From: Nitrosopumilus sp. | GTDB lineage: Archaea; Thermoproteota; Nitrososphaeria; Nitrososphaerales; Nitrosopumilaceae | Assembly: GCA_965205215.1 (NCBI GenBank) | Contig: OZ242041.1 | Location: 1,856,001 to 1,920,000, forward strand | Direction: 5' to 3' | DNA length: 64,000 bases | In this document: in pieces, positions 21,077-31,488 of the stretch | Numbering within the stretch: the stretch's first letter is position 1 | How the letters are laid out: every line of letters starts with the position of its first letter | The notes under the pieces: generated by a model | Database searches by the model: none | Told to the model about the DNA's origin: nothing | The model's input: only the letters and a program-made list of their open reading frames with translations | Program-made: the position numbers and the translations under genes

Positions 21077-21478
21077 CTACTTCCCGCGCCCCGATGCTCG
21101 CCTGCGGTACGGGGCAAACCTAGCGCCTGCCAAGCCGCGCCTGACGAGCCTGTTGAACCGCCTGCCGTGGGACATGTATCGGAACCTCATGTGGATGAGC
21201 TCGTGTACGATGGTGTTCTCAAGCACCCTCTCATTTGGAATCTTCCGCACGTTGATGAATATGGTGTTGTGCTGCAGATACGAGACGCCATAGTACTTGT
21301 ATGCAGACGTGCGCCTGCCCGCAGTCATCTCCCTCGGGGCGTCAAGCACCTCCCTCGTGGTCAGGAGCACCCTGGGCTCCGATATCGAAAAGCGGGCAGA
21401 GTATATCCCGACCTTTTCAAGTATGGCAAGGCGCAGCTCCGGTCCCAGCTTCATGGTGTCGGGTCGTGCGACCCGCAT
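21077..21478 (-). CDS. Small SprT/YgjP-like HExxH metalloprotein
   Basis: TIVHELIH...HGRRF. Confidence 0.75.
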   Translation of the reverse strand: MRVARPDTMKLGPELRLAILEKVGIYSARFSISEPRVLLTTREVLDAPREMTAGRRTSAYKYYGVSYLQHNTIFINVRKIPNERVLENTIVHELIHMRFRYMSHGRRFNRLVRRGLAGARFAPYRRRASGRGK

Positions 21479-21672
21479 ATATGGCTCAATGTCAACCCCA
21501 GCGACTCATTTGGTTTATTTTTTGAGATGGCGTGTATCCCGGCCGTTAATGCGGCGGGCCCGCGTTGGCGCGTACCCCGGATCACATGCCGGGACTCGCC
21601 TCGGGGTGGATAAGAGGATCAGGCATTGGTGGATAATCACCGCTCATACAGCCACCGTCTCATCACGTCCTG

Positions 21673-22254
21673 TCATCCCATGTTGGACATGATGCCACGG
21701 GTCTTATTTCTAATTTCGTCGGTGACCGGCGTGACGACCAGCCCCTCGTCCGGCTGCCCGTACAGCACCACGGTATTATCAGGCGCGTAGACGCATACTG
21801 GAATGACGAGCAGATCCTCCTCGCCATTTACGCGTATCCGGACGGGCGGCCTCGCCGCGAAGGCCTTGCGTATGGCCGAGACGCTCTCCCGCGTGATCTG
21901 GGCGGGCGGGTTTGACACCTCCATCACAGTGGTCTTTATTCCGACGCGGCTGCCCGCATGCCGCGCGCCGGCGCCGCGGCCTTCGCCCTCCTTGCCGTCG
22001 TCGTCGTCGGCGCCGCCCGTCTCTGCAAGCCGCGGATGGGGACGGATCCGCCTCTTCTCGAGCCCGTCCGTTATCTGGAGGGACGGGACTATGCCAAACT
22101 GTATCATCCTCTCGGTGGTGCGATCGCCTACGGTCACCACGTACGAGCCGGGGCGTATCATGCCTGCGACCTGCTCTTTTGTGATGCCGGCATCGGGTAG
22201 CAGGACGCCCAGCGGCGTCTTTAGATCTTCACGGCACGACTCCGGCAGCCTCAC
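21673..22254 (-). CDS. GTP-dependent dephospho-CoA kinase (DUF359)
   Basis: LK.PLG, TVGD, NPPAQIT, GEEDL, VLYGQPDEG. Confidence 0.9.
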   Translation of the reverse strand: MRLPESCREDLKTPLGVLLPDAGITKEQVAGMIRPGSYVVTVGDRTTERMIQFGIVPSLQITDGLEKRRIRPHPRLAETGGADDDDGKEGEGRGAGARHAGSRVGIKTTVMEVSNPPAQITRESVSAIRKAFAARPPVRIRVNGEEDLLVIPVCVYAPDNTVVLYGQPDEGLVVTPVTDEIRNKTRGIMSNMG

Positions 22255-23501
22255 GGGGAATCAGCCTTGCCGCCGTATGACGCAGTGGATAAGGGTGGCG
22301 AATCGGCTGCCGTCGTCTGCGCCGCCAGTGGGGCGTCAGAGGGCGGCGGGGCATCCGCGGCCTGGGCGGCGGCCGTGCCGGGCGCCGCAGGCGCGTCGGG
22401 GGCGGCGGCAGAAGGTTCCGCGACCTCTGCACTCGCCGCTTCCTCCTGCTGCAGCCTCGCCGCAAGAATGCTGCACTGCGCCGCTATGTTGCGGGCCGCG
22501 CTCCTGAACGCGGCCCCGCCTGGAGAGTCGGGGCCCGTAATCATTATGGGCTTGCCCAGGTCGGAGCCGGACATTATGCCGGAATTGAGCGGAATCTCCC
22601 CGAGGAACGGGATGTCGAACTTTTCGCTTATCTTTTTGGCGCCGCCGTCGCCGAATATGCGGTGCTTTGCATCGCAGTTGGTGCATACAAAGTGGCTCAT
22701 GTTCTCCACCACCCCGAGTATCGGGACGTTGAGTTTTTCAAACATGCCGATCGCCTTCACGGCCACGTTGCTTGCCACCTCCTGCGGGGTGGTTATCACC
22801 AGTATTCCGGTAATCGGTATGGTCTGCGCCAGCGTCAGCGGTATGTCGCCGGTTCCGGGCGGCAGGTCCACTATCAGATAGTCCAGATCCGACCAGTCGG
22901 TGTCCACCAGGAACTGCTTGAGTATCCCGGATATTATGGGGCCCCTGTATATTGCGGCCTGGTGCGCCTGGTCGGCAAAGAACCCGAACGAGACAACCTT
23001 GAGCCCGTTGGACTCGGCCGGTTGGAGCTTGTTGTTGTCCACCTCCATGCCGCCCTCCTTTATCCCAAGCATCAGCGGAATGCTGGGGCCGTATATGTCG
23101 GCGTCAAGCAGCCCCACCTTGGCCCCGGCCTGCTGCAGTGCAAGGGCCAGGTTCAGCGACACGGTGGACTTGCCGACACCGCCCTTGCCGCTCGCGACCC
23201 CGATGACGTTCTTGACGGTCGCCAGGCCGGTGTCGTCGTCAAGGGAGCGCCCCTCCATGACCTTTGCGGTCACGTTCATGTCAAAGCTCTTCAGGCCGCC
23301 AAGCTCGCCCATCACGCGCCGCACGTCCTCCTCAATCTCCACGTTGAACGGGCAGGCGGGGGTGGTGAGCTCAAGCGTAAACTTTAGGTTGTCGTCCACC
23401 AGCTCCATGTCCTTTATCATCCCCATCGAGACGATGTCCTTTTTGAGATCCGGGTCAATCACGGTCTCAAGCTTGCCGATTACCTCTCCAATCTCAACCA
23501 T
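22251..23501 (-). CDS. mrp: Mrp/NBP35 (ApbC) Fe-S cluster carrier with N-terminal DUF59 domain
   Basis: LTTPACP, SGKGGVGKST, DADIYGPS, DLPPGTGD, ENMS..CxxC. Confidence 0.93.
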   Translation of the reverse strand: MVEIGEVIGKLETVIDPDLKKDIVSMGMIKDMELVDDNLKFTLELTTPACPFNVEIEEDVRRVMGELGGLKSFDMNVTAKVMEGRSLDDDTGLATVKNVIGVASGKGGVGKSTVSLNLALALQQAGAKVGLLDADIYGPSIPLMLGIKEGGMEVDNNKLQPAESNGLKVVSFGFFADQAHQAAIYRGPIISGILKQFLVDTDWSDLDYLIVDLPPGTGDIPLTLAQTIPITGILVITTPQEVASNVAVKAIGMFEKLNVPILGVVENMSHFVCTNCDAKHRIFGDGGAKKISEKFDIPFLGEIPLNSGIMSGSDLGKPIMITGPDSPGGAAFRSAARNIAAQCSILAARLQQEEAASAEVAEPSAAAPDAPAAPGTAAAQAADAPPPSDAPLAAQTTAADSPPLSTASYGGKADSP

Positions 23502-23860
23502 ACCCGGGAAAATCTGCATTCTATATTTATAGATAAACGGCGCGGGCACTGGACGCCGCGGGGCGTTCCCCGGCAGGGCCGCGGGCCCGCAGGCAGGGCC
23601 GCGACAAGACGCGCGTCGCCGGCATGGCCGGTGGCGGCCAAAGGTGCGCGCGACGCGGGCCCCGGCCGTCGACGGATCACGCGCGTGTGTCCGGAGACGG
23701 CACACCGTGAAGGCGCCAAGCGCCCGGGCATGCACGGAGTACGGACTAGGCCCCGGCCCGTGAAATCCGAAAACGAGGGCCGGCAGGCACGAACTTTCAA
23801 GGGACTTGGTTCCATACAATGTCCAAAGATTCATAAATTAACCCTCAAGAGGAGCGACAG

Positions 23861-24475
23861 TTGTTTTCAATATCGACCCTGGCCGATGTAGTCAGAATTC
23901 CCCCCGACCAGTTTGGAACCACGCTTCGAAGGGCCGCCATCACCATACTAAAGGAAAAGTACGAGAGCATGATAAACGCGGAGCTCGGATACATAATCAT
24001 GATTCTGGACGCAAAGGTCGACGAGATGGGCAAGATGGTCGCCGGAGACGGGGGCACGTTCCACAGGGTCAGGTTCAAGGCGCTCACGTTTTATCCGAAG
24101 ATGCAGGAGATCGTGCACGGCGAGATCGTGGACATTACGGACTTTGGCGCGTTCGTCAGGATAGGCCCCACTGATGCCTTGCTGCACCTCTCGCAGGTCA
24201 TGGACGACTACCTGAAGAGCGACGTAAAGTCCGGAATTATAATAGCCAACCAGAGCGGCAGAACGCTCAGGGTGGGATCGGCGCTGCGCTCCAGGATCAC
24301 GGCCGTGTCGCTTGGAAAGGCGGCGGCGATGGGAAAGATAGGAATCACGTGCAGGCAGCCGTTTCTTGGCACCGACGAATGGATAGCAGAGGAGATCAAG
24401 AAGGCAGAGGGGGGCGAAGACGAAGGCGACGGCGCCAAGCAGGCTAGCAAAAAGACAGAGGGAGGTAAAAAGTAG
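23861..24475 (+). CDS. rpoE1: DNA-directed RNA polymerase subunit E' (Rpo7)
   Basis: DVVRIPP, GDGG, FGAFVRIGP.DALLH.SQ, CRQPFLG. Confidence 0.95.
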   Translation: MFSISTLADVVRIPPDQFGTTLRRAAITILKEKYESMINAELGYIIMILDAKVDEMGKMVAGDGGTFHRVRFKALTFYPKMQEIVHGEIVDITDFGAFVRIGPTDALLHLSQVMDDYLKSDVKSGIIIANQSGRTLRVGSALRSRITAVSLGKAAAMGKIGITCRQPFLGTDEWIAEEIKKAEGGEDEGDGAKQASKKTEGGKK

Positions 24476-24477
24476 CG

Positions 24478-24666
24478 ATGCCAAGAGAGATGGCCTGCCG
24501 CAACTGCAAGTATGTCACCACCGCCAAGGTGTGCCCCGTATGCAAGTCGTCGGATCTGACCCCGGACTGGAACGGGATAGTTCTGGTGGTGGATCCCACC
24601 AACTCCAAGATATCAAAGACGCTCGGCATAACCCAGAGGGGCAAGTACGCAATCAAGGTTACATAA
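24478..24666 (+). CDS. spt4: Transcription elongation factor Spt4 (RpoE'')
   Basis: ACRNC...CPVC...W.G...GKYAIKV directly after rpoE1. Confidence 0.95.
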   Translation: MPREMACRNCKYVTTAKVCPVCKSSDLTPDWNGIVLVVDPTNSKISKTLGITQRGKYAIKVT

Positions 24667-24867
24667 CTAGCCTACGGCCGGACGAAACGTGACGGACGGG
24701 CGCACGCGCTGTGAAAGCATGCACGCCATAACCATATCACAGCCGCAACCAACGTCATTGTCATCATACCATAACAGCATCACACCACGGCGGCATCACG
24801 GATCAGGCATGGCAGGACTTTTTGCCGACGGCAAATGTTTAAGGAAAACAGGCAGATACGGCATGTG

Positions 24868-25719
24868 ATGAGGATCACACAGGATGCACGGCGCCACCTA
24901 CGCAGGTTCCTAGCAGAGGACGTTGGACGGGGGGACGTTACGGGCGCGCTCCTGCCAAGGGGCGTGATTACGGCAAGCATAATCACAAGGCAGGGCGCGA
25001 CTGTGGCCGGAACCGCGCACGCGAGGGAGATATTCAGGCTGAAGGGATGCAGGTGCAGGACGCTCAAGCCCGACGGATCCAGGGCGTCGGCAGGCGACAC
25101 GATAATGAAGGTCAGGGGGGAGGCGAGGGCCGTGCTTGCGTGCGAGCGGACCGCGCTCAACCTGCTCTCAAGGATGAGCGGCATTGCAACCAGGACCGCC
25201 GAGATTGCAGGCAAGCTGCCGGCAGGAGTCGGGATATACGCGACCAGAAAGACCGCGCCCGGGCTGCGCATGTTTGACAAGGAGGCAGTAGAGATTGGCG
25301 GTGGCAGGAGGCACAGGATGGGACTTGACGAGTCCATAATGATAAAGGACAACCATGTCGCGGCCGCCTCTCTGCTGATGGCAGGCCTCGCCCCAGAGGC
25401 GGCGCTCGAGCATCTGATAAGAAAGGCAGGGGACAGGCGCGGCGACCTGGAGGCCGAGGCCGACAGCGTGAGTGGAGCCATTATTGCGGCGCGCGCCGGG
25501 GCGGGCACCATAATGCTGGACAACTTTACGCCACGGCAGGTCAGGACGGCAATACGGCGCCTGGAATCAGAGGGACTCCGCGACGGGGTGCGCATAGAGG
25601 CGTCGGGCGGGATAACTGGCAGGAACATATCGGCGTACGCGAACAGCGGGGCCGACATGATATCTGTGGGGTTCATAACGCATTCGGTGTCCGGAATAGA
25701 CATGAGTCTGGAGATCTAG
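24868..25719 (+). CDS. nadC: Quinolinate phosphoribosyltransferase
   Basis: ED.GRGDVT, ERTALN, TRKTAPG, HRMGL, IKDNH, MLDN, EASGGI. Confidence 0.95.
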   Translation: MRITQDARRHLRRFLAEDVGRGDVTGALLPRGVITASIITRQGATVAGTAHAREIFRLKGCRCRTLKPDGSRASAGDTIMKVRGEARAVLACERTALNLLSRMSGIATRTAEIAGKLPAGVGIYATRKTAPGLRMFDKEAVEIGGGRRHRMGLDESIMIKDNHVAAASLLMAGLAPEAALEHLIRKAGDRRGDLEAEADSVSGAIIAARAGAGTIMLDNFTPRQVRTAIRRLESEGLRDGVRIEASGGITGRNISAYANSGADMISVGFITHSVSGIDMSLEI

Positions 25720-26126
25720 CGCCCTTTCGGACGCTTCATCGAGTCAAGTATGCTCATAGCCTCCTCGTGCCCTGGGTCGATCTCTTGTATCTTCCTGCAC
25801 GACTGTTCCGCCTTGGTCTTTTGGCCGAGAATCATGTGGGCCCTGGCCTTTAGCAAGAGCGCCTCCGTGTCGTACGAGCCGATCTCGAGCGCCCTGTCCA
25901 GATACTCGAGTGACTGCCCATAACGCTTCTGCGTGTAGTATATGGCCCCCATCGTAAAGAAGAGGTCGTGGTTGTGATCCCCTATCTGGCGTATGTAGTT
26001 TTTGCCGCATCGGAGGGCCTCATCATACTTTTTGTCCCTGACGAGCTTCTTGAACTCCTTGAGAAGCCTGCCGCCCATTCCCTTTTTGGGGTTGTCCGAG
26101 CCGCGCCGCCATAAGAGCCCCGTCAT
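25716..26126 (-). CDS. TPR repeat protein
   Basis: Helical repeats with TPR consensus (GAIYY...YLDRALEI). Confidence 0.8.
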   Translation of the reverse strand: MTGLLWRRGSDNPKKGMGGRLLKEFKKLVRDKKYDEALRCGKNYIRQIGDHNHDLFFTMGAIYYTQKRYGQSLEYLDRALEIGSYDTEALLLKARAHMILGQKTKAEQSCRKIQEIDPGHEEAMSILDSMKRPKGR

Positions 26127-26131
26127 CTCAA

Positions 26132-27145
26132 TCAGCCGATCTCAAGCATCCGCTCTATTGCGAGGCGCGCCCTGTCGGCTATGTGCGGGGGGACGCTCAC
26201 GACGCTGCGCTCGTTTAGAAGCGAGTCGTACACCTTTTGGAGCGTTATCATCTTCATGTACTGGCACTCTGCGTTTTCAGACGCAGGCACAAAGTTCTTT
26301 GTGGGGTTCTGCTTTCTCATGCGGTACAGGATTCCGACCTCCGTCGCCACGACAAAGTTCCGCGAGGGTGACGCGGCCACGTGCTTGAGCATGCCTTCGG
26401 TGGACAGCACGGACACCTTTGCGTCCCCGAACCCGCCGGATGCAGCATCGTACATCATCGGGGTGGTGCAGCTGCACTCTGGGTGTATTACAAACTCCGA
26501 GTTCCTGAGGGAGGCCAGCTTCTCCTCTATGTCCTGCGGCGTGATTCCGGCGTGCACGTGGCACTCGCCGGCCCATATGCGCATGTTCTTCCGTCCGGTC
26601 ACCTTCGCCACGTACGACCCAAGGAACATGTCAGGCAGGAAGAGTATCTCCTTCTCGGCAGGGATAGAGTCCACCACCTTTACCGCGTTTGAGGAGGTGC
26701 AGCAGTAGTCAAGCTCCGCCTTTATCTCCGCGGTCGTGTTGACGTACCCGACCGATATGGAGCCGGGGTGCGCCGCCTTCCAGTCGCGGAGCTCCTCTAC
26801 GGTTATGGAGTCCGACAGGGAGCATCCGGCGTCAAGCTCCGGGATGAGCACCCTCTTGTGCGGACTGATGATGGCGGCAGTCTCGGCCATAAAGTGCACG
26901 CCGCAGAACAGTATGGTCTGCCGGTCCACTTGCGCGGCCTGCCGGGAGAGCCCAAGCGAGTCGCCCGTATAGTCGGCCACGTCCTGGACGTCGGGCACCT
27001 GGTAGTTGTGGGCCAGTATGACCACGTCCTTTTCCTCCTTGAGGCGCAGGATCTCCTCCTTGAGGGCGGACACCTGCTGTTGCTGTTGTTGCTGTTGTTG
27101 CTGCTGTTGTTGTTGTTGACGGCGTTCAGAGATGAGCATGGTCAT
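26132..27145 (-). CDS. nadA: Quinolinate synthase A
   Basis: LAHNYQ, GDSLGL, FCGVHFMAET, YVNT, C.VH, HPEC, C.YMK; N-terminal poly-Gln. Confidence 0.96.
   Translation of the reverse strand: MTMLISERRQQQQQQQQQQQQQQQVSALKEEILRLKEEKDVVILAHNYQVPDVQDVADYTGDSLGLSRQAAQVDRQTILFCGVHFMAETAAIISPHKRVLIPELDAGCSLSDSITVEELRDWKAAHPGSISVGYVNTTAEIKAELDYCCTSSNAVKVVDSIPAEKEILFLPDMFLGSYVAKVTGRKNMRIWAGECHVHAGITPQDIEEKLASLRNSEFVIHPECSCTTPMMYDAASGGFGDAKVSVLSTEGMLKHVAASPSRNFVVATEVGILYRMRKQNPTKNFVPASENAECQYMKMITLQKVYDSLLNERSVVSVPPHIADRARLAIERMLEIG
27074..27118. repeat. CAG/CAA microsatellite encoding poly-Gln (~15) in NadA
   Basis: ctg/ttg triplet run on the + strand. Confidence 0.9.
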
Positions 27146-27304
27146 TTGTCAGATAGGCCCAAAGGTGATTTAAAGCGTTACAAACAGACCATTACGTGAC
27201 TAAAACCGCAGGCGTGCGGCAATAATTGCCATATTATACGCTTGAGCGGTACCGTTCAGCATGGATTACGCGGCAGCGGCGGGCAACCGGGGCAGGCACT
27301 GCCG

Positions 27305-28147
27305 TCACCTATTGCGCGTGGCGTCATTCCTGCCACGGCTGCCGTCATCCGAGCAGTATCCCGCAAGCGCCTCGACTGCGGAGAGCACGGCAAGCCAGCT
27401 CGTCTTCGGGTTTGTCGGGGACGGCACGTTCTCAATCTCAAACGTCATCCTCCCAAAGGCCCCGGACGCCTCGACCCTGTGGGTGTTCCTGTCCGTGTTG
27501 GGATCGGCCACCATGCGCACGATGGTCCTGCTCCCCCCTATCCCCGCAAGCGAGAGGGCGGCGGCAACGTTCACGTTTGCGGGAAACAGGGAGACGGCGT
27601 CCACTGCGGGGCCCTCGTACAGCACGGCAGGCGAGGTGGTTACGTCGGGGACGGCGTCCGACTTGTCAAAGAACGGCGCCCCCCGCAGCGAGTCGGGGTG
27701 CTTCGTGGTGGTCAGCGTGACGCGCTCCAGCTTGTCGCGAACCGCACGTATGCCGTCAAGCCCGGCTATGGCCCCGCTCGGGATGATGATGCGGGTGCCG
27801 AACTCCTTTGCAGCCTCAAATATCACGTCATGGATCGAGTCGTCAAGCAGGGCCCCGACGGACATTATCATGAGGTCCTTGCGGTTCTGTATCACTGCCA
27901 GGGCCGAGTCCCGGAGGGCCTGCTGGGCGGCGGCCTCTACTATAATGTCGGTGCGGCTTGTAAACAGCAGGTTCGGGTTGGACGTTATCTCAGGCCTGGA
28001 TTCCGGAAGGCGGGACGCAAGCGACTCTGCGGCGGCGCGTGAAGCGTCATAAACGTGGGTCAGTTCGGCCCGTATGGAGCGGTCCTCTATCGCAAGCGCG
28101 ATTGCAGAACCGATTGTGCCGCAGCCCAGCAGTCCGACCCTCTTCAA
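27305..28147 (-). CDS. nadX: L-aspartate dehydrogenase
   Basis: GCGTIG, MSVGAL, SGAIAGLD, FPANVNVA, NPKTS; next to nadA. Confidence 0.93.
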   Translation of the reverse strand: MKRVGLLGCGTIGSAIALAIEDRSIRAELTHVYDASRAAAESLASRLPESRPEITSNPNLLFTSRTDIIVEAAAQQALRDSALAVIQNRKDLMIMSVGALLDDSIHDVIFEAAKEFGTRIIIPSGAIAGLDGIRAVRDKLERVTLTTTKHPDSLRGAPFFDKSDAVPDVTTSPAVLYEGPAVDAVSLFPANVNVAAALSLAGIGGSRTIVRMVADPNTDRNTHRVEASGAFGRMTFEIENVPSPTNPKTSWLAVLSAVEALAGYCSDDGSRGRNDATRNR

Positions 28148-28261
28148 TACGTGCGTTGCGGTGCGATGCTAATTAAGTTTAGATTATGCGCAGGCAAAAG
28201 CTGCGCGCCATCCGGGCACCCGGTGCCCAATACTTTTATGACAAATGCGACAAAACCAGAC

Positions 28262-29713
28262 ATGGATTGCCGTTACTGGATGGCGGCGGCAGCGTGCTGT
28301 ACCTTGCTATGCGCCGGGGCCATGGCAGCGTACGTAACCCACAGCGGCGGCCACGGCGGCGGCAGCAGCAGTGTACTGCAAGACTATCATGATTATGCGC
28401 AGAGCGCGTTTGCAGACGCCGAGGATGGGCAGCCACTGCCGTCTTCTGAGACGAACCTCGAGCCACCAAAAAAACAGACAGAGTCTGGCGTCATGCCGCA
28501 CGACGTCACATGCCGTGCGCATCACGTGCTTGCAATCAGGGTGAGCCAAGAGCCGGTGTGCGTCACGCCAAGAACCGCGGAGATACTGGTAGAGAGGGGC
28601 ATAATCGAGAGGATAGTAGGACCCAGCACGGCCACCGCCGGGACCGCATCAGAGGAGACAGACCGGGCGCAGGGCGGAGCGGGGGCCGGCGCAGGCGAGT
28701 CACGCGGGGCTCCGCCAGGAGACGGCCACGGCACGTCCCTTGGCGCGGACAACTCCACAAGCGGAGCTGCAGTGGGCGGCAACAGCGGCGCCATAACTGG
28801 CAGCAACGCGACAACCGGCGCGGCGGATGCCGTCGGGGGCCCGGAGTCTGGGGCCCAGACGCCACACGCGGAGCAGAACAGTACGGATAGCACCACTGCA
28901 GGGCCGGAATCAGGGGCGGTGGCAGAACCGGCCACCAATTCGTCATCATCGCCGTCAGCGTCACCAACGGCATCAAAGACGGACGAGCAGGAGCGGCGCA
29001 GCGCACACCAGGGCAGCGTCAGTACGATCCCCGCATCAAGCTCGACGGTCTTGAACTTTTACGTCACAGACGACGATCTGAACGTCGCCTCGAACGCGGC
29101 AGAGACCATACCCACAAAGGGGTTGCTCAAGTTTGCCATAAACGGCATTCCAATAGAGGGCCCCGACACCATGACTGAGACGGGCCCCGACACGGGGCAG
29201 TTCCACGTCAGGCTGGAGCTTCCGCCCACGGTAGACGGGCGGCCGATTACCCACAACGACGTGGTGGACGTCACGTATATCGACCAGGCGGGCAGATCGG
29301 GCGAGAGCCAATCTGTCACAAAATCGTTCACGCTCTCAAGCACGTATGCCCACATGCAGTCGGAGGGTGACGGCAAGAAGCGCATAGGGCACGAGTTCAC
29401 GCTCAGGATATACGAGCCTGACGCGAACACGGACTCGAAGGAGGAGAACAGGATACCGCTGAACAGATTCGAGTTCAGGAGCGAGGGCAACATCAGGGTG
29501 ACGCTTGACCACGGCGCGTTTAATGCCAACCGGAGCCACATGGTGGAGACGGGCCCCAACACGGGGACGTTCGAGGTGACGATCAAGATACCGCGCCAGA
29601 TCGACGGCAAGGTCATACACATCGGTGACTGGTACGAGATCACATATTACGACATGTCCACGCCGTCAGGAACCTCAGAGGAGATAGTCCTGAGGGGAGA
29701 GATAGGGGTGTGA
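28262..29713 (+). CDS. Secreted/surface protein
   Basis: Signal/TM segment, low-complexity linker, two 'ETGP.TG.F' repeats like those of thaumarchaeal surface proteins. Confidence 0.75.
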   Translation: MDCRYWMAAAACCTLLCAGAMAAYVTHSGGHGGGSSSVLQDYHDYAQSAFADAEDGQPLPSSETNLEPPKKQTESGVMPHDVTCRAHHVLAIRVSQEPVCVTPRTAEILVERGIIERIVGPSTATAGTASEETDRAQGGAGAGAGESRGAPPGDGHGTSLGADNSTSGAAVGGNSGAITGSNATTGAADAVGGPESGAQTPHAEQNSTDSTTAGPESGAVAEPATNSSSSPSASPTASKTDEQERRSAHQGSVSTIPASSSTVLNFYVTDDDLNVASNAAETIPTKGLLKFAINGIPIEGPDTMTETGPDTGQFHVRLELPPTVDGRPITHNDVVDVTYIDQAGRSGESQSVTKSFTLSSTYAHMQSEGDGKKRIGHEFTLRIYEPDANTDSKEENRIPLNRFEFRSEGNIRVTLDHGAFNANRSHMVETGPNTGTFEVTIKIPRQIDGKVIHIGDWYEITYYDMSTPSGTSEEIVLRGEIGV

Positions 29714-29759
29714 TGGCGCAGCCCGCAGGGGCCGCGTGCCACTAGCATCACGGCCGTTA

Positions 29760-30251
29760 TCACGACACTGTAATTATTCCGGTCATCCACGGATGGACTA
29801 TGCAGAAATAGTCGTAGGTGCCGGCCTCGTCAAACACGTACTCAAACGAGGCCTCTGGTATGACAAGCCCGGAGTCAAACAGCCCGGTTATGCCCTCCGT
29901 CGACCCGCTGGTTACGGTATGGGCCGCAGTGTCATCGTTGACCCACGTGACGGCGGTGCCGGCTGCCACCTCCAGAGTGTACGGCAGGTAGCAGGTATTG
30001 TCGGCCTTGCATTCAGGAGTGGACGTTCCAAGGGGCATCGAGACGATTGGCGGCGGCGATTCTACAACCTCCACTTCATCGACGGGCGGCAAGTCCAGCA
30101 CCATTGGGGCCGGCACGGGCGCCCTCTCGGCGACAATCTCGTCAGGATCCATCGCGACAAACCCGAGGGATACCGCAACCAAGATGCCCACTGCCGCAAT
30201 CACGCCATAGGAAAAGTTTGCCAGCAGTTCATCCCCCCGTGAGCTTTGCAA
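29760..30251 (-). CDS. Plastocyanin/azurin-type blue copper protein
   Basis: WVNDDTAAHTVTSG, FDSGL, YFCIVHPWM; start uncertain. Confidence 0.9.
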   Translation of the reverse strand: MQSSRGDELLANFSYGVIAAVGILVAVSLGFVAMDPDEIVAERAPVPAPMVLDLPPVDEVEVVESPPPIVSMPLGTSTPECKADNTCYLPYTLEVAAGTAVTWVNDDTAAHTVTSGSTEGITGLFDSGLVIPEASFEYVFDEAGTYDYFCIVHPWMTGIITVS

Positions 30252-30759
30252 ACTGCTCGTTTTTGCAGAGCGTCTCCATGAAGCGTATGTTTGAAAGAGC
30301 CACTACGGCGGAGTCCACCACCGGCTTGTCGGGATCCGACAGCGCGCCCTGCAGCGCCTCCTTTGCCTCGCTTGATCCCACCACGCCCAGGGCGATTGCC
30401 GCCTCGTGCCGGACAAAGAGGCTCGGATCGTTGAGGGTGGCGTCGGCAAGGGGCGGTATTCCCGTCGAATGCCCCATCTGGCCCAGCGAAAAGGCCGCCT
30501 CGTGCCGGACCAGCTCGTTCTCGTCGTTCTTTAGAACCCGCGCAATGTACTCGACCTTGTCCTCCCCGCCAAAGTCCACCAGTATGCAGGTGGCCCTGGT
30601 CCTTACCACGTAATCCGGATGGTCCAGGAGATTCACAAAGTATTCGGTGTCGCGCGACTCGTACTTTGACTCCATCTCAGAGAAAAGCGTCATCCTATCC
30701 TCTGGCACTACTTGCAATTTGGCTTGACGGACTATGCGGCCTATATTAGTTACGCTCAT
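30229..30759 (-). CDS. HEAT-repeat (PBS lyase/DOHH-like) protein
   Basis: Two VRHEAA repeats. Confidence 0.85.
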   Translation of the reverse strand: MSVTNIGRIVRQAKLQVVPEDRMTLFSEMESKYESRDTEYFVNLLDHPDYVVRTRATCILVDFGGEDKVEYIARVLKNDENELVRHEAAFSLGQMGHSTGIPPLADATLNDPSLFVRHEAAIALGVVGSSEAKEALQGALSDPDKPVVDSAVVALSNIRFMETLCKNEQFAKLTGG

Positions 30760-30929
30760 CAGGCGCAGGGCCGCTCACGCGGACCACGGAGAAGAGGCGG
30801 TACATACTGCAGCAGGGCCTGCGGCCGGGCTGCGCCCACCGTCGGCGTCTGACTAACTGGAATGACCAGAGCGCGTACGCGCAGGCAGTGACAAACCGTT
30901 AAATCTCACGCGGCGTCATTGAGAAAAGA

Positions 30930-31050
30930 GGAGGAGTAATCAAGCCTGGCCAAAGCAAGCCGTAACGGCTTTTGGACATGCAGGACTTAAGATCAAACAT
31001 GGGCGATCCTGTCTCTCAGGAGTTCGTGGGTTCAAATCCCGCCTCCTCCA
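30930..31050 (+). tRNA. tRNA-Leu(TAA) with two introns (about 30956-30977 and 30992-31005)
   Basis: GGAGGAG/CTCCTCC acceptor stem and GGTTCAAATCC T-arm. Removing the two inserts restores the D-stem (ATC/GAT) and the anticodon arm CAGGA-CTTAAGA-TCCTG. Confidence 0.88.
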
Positions 31051-31173
31051 CCTAGAGGTCGCCGGCCTGCATCCGATGGCCACGGACTCGGCGGCATGAG
31101 GGCGCCGCCGCATGGGCTGCAGACGGCCGGCTGCACGTATAGGATTAAACGGTACGTGCAAGACACCCGCGTG

Positions 31174-31488
31174 ATGAAGATGGGCAAACCGCCGGCCTGG
31201 CCCGCCGCATCGTCGACTGCCGTGCCGCTTGCAGGCGTCACATGCATGGTGCTGGGGGCCCTGATCATGACGTTTGACTATCCGCAGATCGAGTACCTGG
31301 GCGGATTTGGCGCGGATGCAGGTGACGCGGTAATGTCGGCCGCAGGTGACGCGGAGCAGAGATCGCTACACGGCCGGCTTGTAACAGAGTTTATCATCGG
31401 GGCCGCAATATTTGGCGCGGGTGCCGTAATGTGCGTACCCAGGGCGGCCTCGGCACTGCTACGCCGCAGCAGGCGGCACGTCAGGTAG
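31174..31488 (+). CDS. Small two-TM membrane protein
   Basis: Two hydrophobic helices around FDYPQIEYL; overlaps the pheT 3' end. Confidence 0.55.
   Translation: MKMGKPPAWPAASSTAVPLAGVTCMVLGALIMTFDYPQIEYLGGFGADAGDAVMSAAGDAEQRSLHGRLVTEFIIGAAIFGAGAVMCVPRAASALLRRSRRHVR

Noticed and set aside
11471-23532. Many long antisense ORFs
   Set aside because: Shadows of real genes, expected in high-GC coding DNA.
23520-23830. SRP or RNase P RNA in a GC-rich intergenic gap
   Set aside because: No SRP helix-8 or RNase P GAGGAAAGUCC-type motif was recognised.
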